Source of the DNA: an uncultured Arcobacter sp.
Lineage (GTDB): Bacteria > Campylobacterota > Campylobacteria > Campylobacterales > Arcobacteraceae
Direction: 5' to 3'
NCBI GenBank assembly: GCA_965140705.1
Contig: OZ223301.1
Span: 128,001-192,000 of the forward strand
Length of the DNA: 64,000 nucleotides
A program made the translations under genes and the position numbers. The notes beneath the pieces were generated by a model. The model was given only the letters and a program-made list of their open reading frames with translations. It was not told the origin of the DNA and did no database searches. Every line of letters starts with the position of its first letter. Position 1 is the stretch's first letter. Below, piece after piece: positions 1 through 6,693 of the stretch.

Positions 1-1
1 A

Positions 2-121
2 GCTGGTGTAAAATGTGTAATTGAACCAGGTGGTTCTATTAGAGATGATGAGATTATAGCAGCGGCTGATGAGTATGATATGTCTCTTTATTTTAGTGGT
101 AAGAGACATTTCCTACACTAA
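2..121 (+). CDS. purH: Bifunctional AICAR transformylase/IMP cyclohydrolase, 3' end only
   Basis: Manual translation [39 protein letters not shown] matches the PurH C-terminal motif PGGS.RD...RHF.H. Confidence 0.95.
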   Translation, partial: AGVKCVIEPGGSIRDDEIIAAADEYDMSLYFSGKRHFLH

Positions 122-266
122 AAAGATTGATTTTCTAAGCAATCTTTCTTTATAAATCTGCGTTGGAGAGAAAATTTGTTAGAGTCATTTACTCTAGTAA
201 ACTCCTCCAACAAATTTTCTCTCCGTCTTGATTTCTTTTGAAATCTTACTCATAAAATCAATCTTT
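122..266. repeat. ~145-bp nested palindromic element, copy 1
   Basis: Outer IR aaagattgatttt (122-134)/aaaatcaatcttt (254-266); inner IR ggagagaaaatttgtt/aacaaattttctctcc; core tcatttactctagtaaactcct shared with 31852-31997. Confidence 0.85.
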
Positions 267-586
267 GGTAGATTGGCCTAATAATAAAAATAACTTTTCT
301 TTTATCCATAATAGATTCTTGATATATTTATCATTTTGTTAAACCATTACGATTTTTGCTTAATATACATACATTTTGATAAGCTATTAAGGATATACGT
401 AATAATCTAACATAAAAAGTATATAAAAAGTTCAGAAATATTGTAAAATATATTACAAAATGAAATGTTTTTATTTAAAAGAGCTTGTTTTAGGTATTTT
501 CTTATATTTAATAGGTTAACATCATAAGTGTAAAACTATTAGGTAGTTTTAGATGTAAGCAATACATAATGTATTATTAATAAATA

Positions 587-595
587 GTTATACAC
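587..595 (+). other. Cassette insertion point (attI-like or secondary site), crossover G/TT
   Basis: GTTATACAC (587-595) is the exact reverse complement of GTGTATAAC (1816-1824) at the end of cassette 1; no attC hairpin precedes it. Confidence 0.7.
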
Positions 596-637
596 CCCAT
601 CGTAGATTCTCTTTAAAGGTAGAAAAAAGGTAGAAAA

Positions 638-1813
638 ATGGACATAAAAAAGGTATTTAGAGGGATAAGTCAAAAGCTTCAAACTGATTTCGAAATATCC
701 TCGGAAATAAACCATCAAGGCAATAAAGGCACTTATAGGGAAAGTGCTTTACGTGACTTCTTACTTTCAGGCCGCCTGCCAAAGAGGTTTGGTATAGGTA
801 CAGGTGAAATTATAGGGCCGACAAGAAATGTATCTAAGCAAAGTGATTTAGTCATCTATGATCAACTTGATGGAATGTCTCTAGTCTATGATGATGACGT
901 ACAAATATATCCTATTGAGTCCGTTTTTGGTGTCATTGAAGTAAAGTCAAAACTATCGAAGGTAGAGCTAATAAAATCTTTGGAAAACATAAAGTCTGTT
1001 AAATCTTTATGTCCAAATGAATCAGTAACAAAAACCACCAACTCACTCATGAGTATGACTTATCCAAGACCAAAACCTTTTGGTGTTGTTTTTGCCTATG
1101 CATTATCCAATAACTCACTAGAGTCACTACTAGAAAACCTTAGGGAATGGGAAGGAGAAAATAGCAAAGAGTATTGGCCAAATTTAGTTGTGGTTCTAGG
1201 CGAAGGAATACTTTATCATCACGGAGAGGGGATGAGAAATTCAAGTCTGTTCAGTAACGAGGAAATGCAAAAGACAATCAGACCTTCATTCTTGGCATAT
1301 CGTAAAGATACACTATTTCATTTCTACTCAATACTAATTGACCTTTGTAGTGGGACTTCTTTGGGTCCAGTAAACCTGAAACGGTATTTTGATCCTGCGG
1401 AGCAAATAGGTGGATATGTTGTAAAAAATCACGACCGAATTACGCGTCAAGGGGACAATAGCCTTTATCGATTATCGCTAGGATTTATCGATATGGTTGT
1501 GAAACATTGCAAAGCAGAGGGAAAGATTAAACATAGAGAGCTGTTCGTTAAACAAATGGGGGCTATCCCTCAGGGGATAGATGACGACTACTTAGATTAT
1601 GGGGTGTATCACTATGATCCAGACGGTCTTCCAGGAATGCACGAAGTTGAAAACCCTATAAATTTTAGCGGTGGAGGTGCGGTAGCTACACAAAAAATGC
1701 TTCAGCCGAGTCATTGGATTGAAGTTGATGGAGAAACGTACTATTTCCCTTGGTGCTATGTCGAAGATGACTCAATAGAGGAAATTGCGGACTCTAGTCG
1801 TAAAGATCTATAG
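638..1813 (+). CDS. DUF6602-like PD-(D/E)XK nuclease-fold protein (cassette 1)
   Basis: 391 aa; motifs G.YRE..LRDFL..LP, SKQSDLVIYD, P.ESV.GVIEVKS; visibly more G+C-rich than host genes. Confidence 0.75.
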   Translation: MDIKKVFRGISQKLQTDFEISSEINHQGNKGTYRESALRDFLLSGRLPKRFGIGTGEIIGPTRNVSKQSDLVIYDQLDGMSLVYDDDVQIYPIESVFGVIEVKSKLSKVELIKSLENIKSVKSLCPNESVTKTTNSLMSMTYPRPKPFGVVFAYALSNNSLESLLENLREWEGENSKEYWPNLVVVLGEGILYHHGEGMRNSSLFSNEEMQKTIRPSFLAYRKDTLFHFYSILIDLCSGTSLGPVNLKRYFDPAEQIGGYVVKNHDRITRQGDNSLYRLSLGFIDMVVKHCKAEGKIKHRELFVKQMGAIPQGIDDDYLDYGVYHYDPDGLPGMHEVENPINFSGGGAVATQKMLQPSHWIEVDGETYYFPWCYVEDDSIEEIADSSRKDL

Positions 1814-1817
1814 CTGT

Positions 1818-1886
1818 GTATAACAAATCATTGGAGAAAAATATTTGACCCTTCGGCTCAAATATTTCTCAACTCAAACGTTATGT
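1818..1886 (+). repeat. attC site 1 (69 bp)
   Basis: R'' GTATAAC ... R' GTTATGT; internal stem ttggagaaaaatatttga/tcaaatatttctcaa with extra unpaired bases on the left arm. Confidence 0.88.
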
Positions 1887-1904
1887 ATACAAAAGGAATT
1901 TTAT

Positions 1905-2186
1905 ATGGAAACTAAAGCTTACCCTGCCCATGGTCATCCAAATGGAACAAGTGGTTCACCGTGGTATAAAATCAGAGATGATAAACTTTACCCTGCTCAT
2001 GGACACCCAGAAGGAACAACTGGCTCACCATGGTTCAAGATAAAGGATGATAAAGTTTACCCAGCACACGGACATCCAAATGGAACAAGTGGCTCACCAT
2101 GGTATAAAATTAGAGACGATAAATTTTACCCTGCTCATGGACATCCTAATGGGACAAGTGGTTCACCACACTTTAAAATCAGATAA
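1905..2186 (+). CDS. 93-aa protein of four 23-aa tandem repeats, YPAHGHPNGTSGSPWYKIRDDK (cassette 2)
   Basis: ATG at 1905 with SD aaagga; the track's upstream TTG lies inside attC1; repeats differ mostly at synonymous positions. Confidence 0.85.
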   Translation: METKAYPAHGHPNGTSGSPWYKIRDDKLYPAHGHPEGTTGSPWFKIKDDKVYPAHGHPNGTSGSPWYKIRDDKFYPAHGHPNGTSGSPHFKIR

Positions 2187-2255
2187 ATATAACAAAACAT
2201 TGGAGAGAAATAAATTACCCTGCGGCTAATTTATTTCTCAACTCAAGCGTTAGAA
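2187..2255 (+). repeat. attC site 2 (69 bp)
   Basis: R'' ATATAAC directly after the stop codon ... R' GTTAGAA; stem ttggagagaaataaatta/taatttatttctcaa. Confidence 0.88.
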
Positions 2256-2270
2256 GACAAAAGGATATAA

Positions 2271-2687
2271 ATGCTATTTGAATCAGATGTCATTACTTCT
2301 GTATGCAATTTTCTTAAAAGACATGATTTTGAAATAATTCAACAACTTAATGAAAATCAACAGGGCGATGACATTATTGCAAAAAATAAAAGTCAAAAAA
2401 TCTATATTGAGGCTAAAGGTGAAACATCATCAAAAGAAAATTCAAATCGTTTTGGTAAAGAATTTAATGCTTCACAAAAAAAAGTGCATGTTTCGCAAGC
2501 ACTTTATAGGGCAATAAAAATGAAAGAAGAAAATAATTCATTATCAGGAATAGCTTTTCCAGAAACAAGTGGACATATTGCATTGATTGAACCCATTAAA
2601 AAAACTCTACAAAAAATTGAAATTGAAGTTTTTTGGGTAAATAAAGATGGGGCAGTTAGAGTTGAAAACTTTAGTAAAGTCTTCTAA
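2271..2687 (+). CDS. Small restriction-endonuclease-like PD-(D/E)XK protein (cassette 3)
   Basis: 138 aa; N-terminal E, then GDDIIA...IYIEAKG and Q.L.RA; stop TAA lies inside the R'' of attC3, as is typical for cassettes. Confidence 0.7.
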   Translation: MLFESDVITSVCNFLKRHDFEIIQQLNENQQGDDIIAKNKSQKIYIEAKGETSSKENSNRFGKEFNASQKKVHVSQALYRAIKMKEENNSLSGIAFPETSGHIALIEPIKKTLQKIEIEVFWVNKDGAVRVENFSKVF

Positions 2688-2750
2688 CAAATCAGAAGAG
2701 CCAATAAATTACCCTGCGGGCAATTCATTGGCTCATTTTAAACGTTAGCA
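2682..2750 (+). repeat. attC site 3 (69 bp)
   Basis: R'' TTCTAAC ... R' GTTAGCA; stem gagccaat/attggctc; loop ccctgcgg shared with attC2. Confidence 0.85.
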
Positions 2751-2768
2751 TAAAATATAGGAGAATTC

Positions 2769-2915
2769 TTGGCAGAACATATCAAACCGTTTGATGCACA
2801 GAACTTAGAAGCAATTTGTAAAGTTTTAGCTGATACCAACAATGGTTTAACGGGGACACAAATTGGATATATTTTACAGGGAAAAGGGGGGCAGGTGATA
2901 ACGATAACTCTATAG
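2769..2915 (+). pseudogene. Truncated TIGR02391-like gene (cassette 4 remnant)
   Basis: SD aggag plus TTG; translates MAEHIKPFDAQNLEAICKVLADTNNGLTGTQIGYILQ then unrelated sequence and a stop at codon 49; no downstream attC. Confidence 0.65.
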
Positions 2916-2979
2916 AAATAAATCAAATGTGTAGCTTCTGTAGATGTGGGATAAGGACATTTACATTTTTGATTTATTT
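2916..2979. repeat. Inverted repeat near the truncation point of cassette 4
   Basis: aaataaatcaaatgtgta (2916-2933) pairs with tacatttttgatttattt (2962-2979), 16/18. Confidence 0.6.
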
Positions 2980-3036
2980 AGATACCTAACTTATACTAGC
3001 TCAATTTACAAATGATAGTTTGAACTTTTTTTCTTT

Positions 3037-3257
3037 CCTGACTTTGATGAAGCCGGAAGTTTTGAAATAATTTTTGGAAAAGCCTGAGGACTGTTTGAGG
3101 AGAGAAAAGTCCTAAACGGACTTTTTCGACGAGTTCCGCAAGGCAGAAAACTTATTTTAAGGCTGGAGGGGAGCTTTGCCTTCATCAACTCGTCAGGTTG
3201 CTTTTTGTCTTACTTTTTACAATTAAAAAGTGAGAAAGCGAAGAGGTTTACCTCTTC
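3037..3257. repeat. Multi-stem structured non-coding element (MITE-like or ncRNA)
   Basis: cctgac/gtcagg and ttgatgaag/cttcatcaa close a ~160-nt domain containing aaaagtcc/ggactttt; then hairpins cttacttttt/aaaaagtgag and gaagagg/cctcttc. Confidence 0.6.
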
Positions 3258-3400
3258 AAGAGCGTAAAATAAAGTGCAATATAAATCTGGAAACAAGATA
3301 TTAATAGTATATATCAATAAGGGTATTTATAGTCTATAGTTGCTAAACTTATCGATATTTACAACAAGTAATTAAAAGTATTAAGAGGAGATAATAATTA

Positions 3401-3859
3401 ATGGAATTGGATTTTAAGTGGTCGCGATTAGAGTCTTTAAGCGCTTTGGAATTATTTGAAATAATCAAAGCACGTGAATCAGTATTTGTTGTAGAACAAC
3501 AATGTCCATATCAAGAAACAGATGATATGGATCTTCATTCCTGGCATCTTTCTGTTTTTTTAAATGGTGAATTAGCTGCTTATGTTCGAGTTGTTGATCC
3601 AGGTATTAAATATGAACAACCCTCTATTGGTCGTGTTATGACTTTAGAAAAATTTAGAAATTTGAAAATTGGAAGGGCATTAATGAATGAAGCAGTTCGT
3701 TTCACAGAAGAGCAATTTCCAGAAAAGGGTATTAAAATTGGCGCTCAAGTTTACTTACAAAAATTTTATGAATCATTAGGATTTGAAGCTATAACTGAAC
3801 CATATGATGAAGATGGGATTCCTCATATAGATATGATTAGACCATCAGCAAAAATATAA
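3401..3859 (+). CDS. elaA: ElaA-family GNAT acetyltransferase
   Basis: R..VFVVEQ.CPYQE.D, SIGRV, IGAQ.YL..FY...GF, Y.EDGIPHIDM. Confidence 0.9.
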   Translation: MELDFKWSRLESLSALELFEIIKARESVFVVEQQCPYQETDDMDLHSWHLSVFLNGELAAYVRVVDPGIKYEQPSIGRVMTLEKFRNLKIGRALMNEAVRFTEEQFPEKGIKIGAQVYLQKFYESLGFEAITEPYDEDGIPHIDMIRPSAKI

Positions 3860-3908
3860 TGAAAGTTTTAATAAACCAACAGCCTTAAAAGCTATTGGCT
3901 TAAATTTT

Positions 3909-5906
3909 TTAATCTATAGGTATAACAGGATTTAATCCTGCAGTAATATGTAAAAAGTGTCTGTGTTTTTCAAATTGATCAATAATATCACTTGCAACTA
4001 CATCTACTTCATATCCATAAATATCATAGGCTTTATTACCATCTTGTAAATAGACTTCTGCTCTAGCATATTTCTTTTGCTCATGGGTAGGATTAAGTAC
4101 CTCAGGAAATGCATATGTTGGTGTATCATATCTACTAAATCTTACTTCATAAGTAAAGTCTAGATCACCATTGTGTTCTACTGTTAAAATAGAAACACTT
4201 TTTTCTTTATTATTAAAAACTTCTACATTCCAACCATATCTTTCAAGTTCTTCCTCTACATTTTTCATGGCAGCAACTACATCTTCATTAATATATCTTC
4301 GTGTTTCATCTGGTACTGGAAATTCAATGAGTCTTGAAAGTCTATTTTTCCAAGTTCCAGATACTTCTCCATGTCTTCCTGCATTCATATGATGTTGAAG
4401 GGATTCATATCGAATTGATTCTAAGTGTAGGGCTTTATAAAGTCCCCAACATGCAATAAGCATAATAATAGCAAAAGGTAAAGCAATAACAATAGAAGCT
4501 GCCTGTAAAGCTCCTAATCCACCAGCTATTAATAGTGCTGCTGCTACAACACCTTCAAGTAGTGCCCAAAATATTCTTTGCCATACAGGATTATTCTCTC
4601 TTCCTCCACTTGAAATAGTATCAACTACCAATGAACCTGAATCTGAAGAAGTTACAAAGAAAGTAATAACTAAGATAATAGCAAGGATTGAAATAACACT
4701 AGAAAAAGGGAAGTGTTCTAAAAATTTAAATAAGGCAGTTGCAACATCTGCTGATACAGCTGAACTTAGATTAGTAAATCCCTCTTTCATAATTGCATGT
4801 AGGGCACTATTACCAAAAACTGTCATCCAAACTAAAGTAAATCCAACAGGAACAAATAATACTCCAAGAACAAACTCTCTTATAGTTCTACCTCGTGAAA
4901 CTCGCGCAATAAACATCCCAACAAAAGGTGCCCAAGCAATCCACCAAGCCCAATAGAAAAATGTCCACCATCCCATCCATTTTGTATCTAAATAGATGTA
5001 TTGATTAAAAGTCATTTGTACAATATGAGATAAATAATTTCCTATATTTTGAACTAATGCTCCAAGTAAAAAGAAAGTTGGACCTGCTAAAAATACAAAT
5101 AAAACAAGTGCGAATGCAAGGTAAAGATTTATTTCAGATAATCGTTTAATTCCTCCATCAAGTCCTAAAACAACAGAAACTGTTGCCATAGTTGTAATAA
5201 TAGCGATCAAAATAATTTGTGTGGTAAGTCCAACAGGGATATCGAAAATATAATTAAGTCCAGCATTAACTTGTAATACTCCTAATCCCAATGAAGTTGC
5301 AACCCCAAAAATAGTTCCAAGTATTGCAACTGTATCAACTGTATGTCCTATTTTTCCATAAATTTTCTCTCCTATCATTGGATAGAGAGCTGATCTAATA
5401 GAAAGGGGTAAACCATGTCTAAAAGAGAAATATGCTAGTACTAAACCAACAACAGCATATATTGCCCAAGCATGTAATCCCCAGTGAAAAAAAGTAATTC
5501 GCATAGCTTGTCTAGCAGCTTCAATTGTCTCTTTATCACCAACAGGAGGTGCACCATAATGCATAACAGGTTCTGCTACACCCCAAAACATAAGTCCAAT
5601 TCCCATACCTGCACTAAAAAGCATGGCAAACCATGAAATATGACTATAAGCAGGTTTTGATTGGTCAGGTCCTAATTTAAATCTTCCAAAGGGAGAAATT
5701 GCTAAGAATATTACAAATAAAGTAAAAATTCCAACGCTAAGCATATAAAGCCAACCAAATTTATCTGCTATGAAATGTTTCATTCCATTAAATGTTTCAC
5801 CGGCTATTTGGGGCATTGTCATTGCAAATATCACAAGTATTGCAATAATAGCAACCGAGGGGTAAAATACAGGTTTTAAAATAGTTGAGTTTTTTTTATT
5901 TTCCAT
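3909..5906 (-). CDS. betT: BCCT-family choline/glycine betaine transporter with BetT-type C-terminal extension
   Basis: SWFAMLFSAGMGIGL, FFHWGLHAWAIY, WT.FYWAWWIAWAPFVGMFIARVSRGRT; second ATG chosen for SD spacing. Confidence 0.9.
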   Translation of the reverse strand: MENKKNSTILKPVFYPSVAIIAILVIFAMTMPQIAGETFNGMKHFIADKFGWLYMLSVGIFTLFVIFLAISPFGRFKLGPDQSKPAYSHISWFAMLFSAGMGIGLMFWGVAEPVMHYGAPPVGDKETIEAARQAMRITFFHWGLHAWAIYAVVGLVLAYFSFRHGLPLSIRSALYPMIGEKIYGKIGHTVDTVAILGTIFGVATSLGLGVLQVNAGLNYIFDIPVGLTTQIILIAIITTMATVSVVLGLDGGIKRLSEINLYLAFALVLFVFLAGPTFFLLGALVQNIGNYLSHIVQMTFNQYIYLDTKWMGWWTFFYWAWWIAWAPFVGMFIARVSRGRTIREFVLGVLFVPVGFTLVWMTVFGNSALHAIMKEGFTNLSSAVSADVATALFKFLEHFPFSSVISILAIILVITFFVTSSDSGSLVVDTISSGGRENNPVWQRIFWALLEGVVAAALLIAGGLGALQAASIVIALPFAIIMLIACWGLYKALHLESIRYESLQHHMNAGRHGEVSGTWKNRLSRLIEFPVPDETRRYINEDVVAAMKNVEEELERYGWNVEVFNNKEKSVSILTVEHNGDLDFTYEVRFSRYDTPTYAFPEVLNPTHEQKKYARAEVYLQDGNKAYDIYGYEVDVVASDIIDQFEKHRHFLHITAGLNPVIPID

Positions 5907-6111
5907 CATTCTCCTTTAATTAAAAGGGGTATATCTAATTAGTTATTTTTAATTGATTTAATGTTTCAAAAGCTGTTTGATATAAATTAAATTAATTAAA
6001 AAGAAATTTTGTAGAATAGACATACCCCGTTAAGATACAAACTAACAAATATAACATTAAAATTTTATTTAATACAGTAAAAATAGATAAATTTGTAGAT
6101 TCAATTTTCTA

Positions 6112-6630
6112 TCAATTTCTTTTTCTACCCCTTTGTTGCCAAATATATCGGGGGTCATTTTTTACTTTAGAATAAAACAGTTCCCCAGAATTTCTCCAGG
6201 GGTCAAGGACTATGCCTTCATTGAAGTTGCAACCTTTGCACGTAACTACTAAAGTAGTATGTTCTGTCCAGTAGTTACCAATATTGGCTCCTCCTATATA
6301 ATAATCAAAGCTTTTTAAATTTAAACTTTTGGCATGTTTTAACATATCATATGCAAATTGCCAACATAAGCCTTTTTCTTTTAATCCAATGTTTACTAAA
6401 AAATTTTGAAATAAAGGAGGGCTTACTAAATGGTATGATTCTTTTAAAAATTGTGATTGTTTAAACATTTCAGTGGAGAGAGTTTTAGCTTCTTTTTTGT
6501 CTACTTTATTATTTAATGAGGATAATAAAAGAGTTAAGTCATTTTTAGTTAGTTTTTTATCAACTTGAATATTAGATGTACTGCAGCCTATAAATAAGAT
6601 GGTTAATAGAAAAGTAATTATATATTTCAT
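6112..6630 (-). CDS. Hypothetical lipoprotein
   Basis: Start moved to MKYIITFLLTILFIGC (signal peptide plus lipobox); motifs KGLCWQ, EH..LVV, VLDPWR suggest a Cys-His-Asp set. Confidence 0.7.
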   Translation of the reverse strand: MKYIITFLLTILFIGCSTSNIQVDKKLTKNDLTLLLSSLNNKVDKKEAKTLSTEMFKQSQFLKESYHLVSPPLFQNFLVNIGLKEKGLCWQFAYDMLKHAKSLNLKSFDYYIGGANIGNYWTEHTTLVVTCKGCNFNEGIVLDPWRNSGELFYSKVKNDPRYIWQQRGRKRN

Positions 6631-6693
6631 GAAAAAAGTATAGCTTATTTGGCTATATTTTTTCATAAAAGTTAAAGGGGATACTTGAGCTTT

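Larger units (their letters stand above)
587..2915 (+). mobile_element. Integron gene-cassette array without an adjacent integrase (CALIN): 3 complete cassettes plus 1 truncated
   Basis: Three 69-bp attC-like sites separate co-oriented single-ORF units with short leaders; each cassette's first bases are complementary to its own R'' end. Confidence 0.88.

Noticed and set aside
270..440. Degenerate intI remnant on the minus strand
   Set aside because: Only a chance WIK tripeptide among stop codons; no recombinase motifs
557..586. dif/Xer site (cataatgtatt resembles part of E. coli dif)
   Set aside because: The XerD arm and 6-bp spacer do not fit, and it does not resemble the difH type
1920..2186. 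69-nt tandem repeats as a CRISPR or non-coding VNTR
   Set aside because: No spacers, and variation is mostly synonymous in one frame, so it is a coding repeat; the equal length to the attC sites appears coincidental
1818..2750. CRISPR array interpretation of the spaced repeats
   Set aside because: Repeats are 69 bp and divergent, the intervals are whole genes of hundreds of bp, and there are no cas genes; attC fits far better
3401..3859. elaA as a fifth cassette
   Set aside because: No attC follows it and it has a long leader; ACCTAAC at 2984 has no matching R' or hairpin
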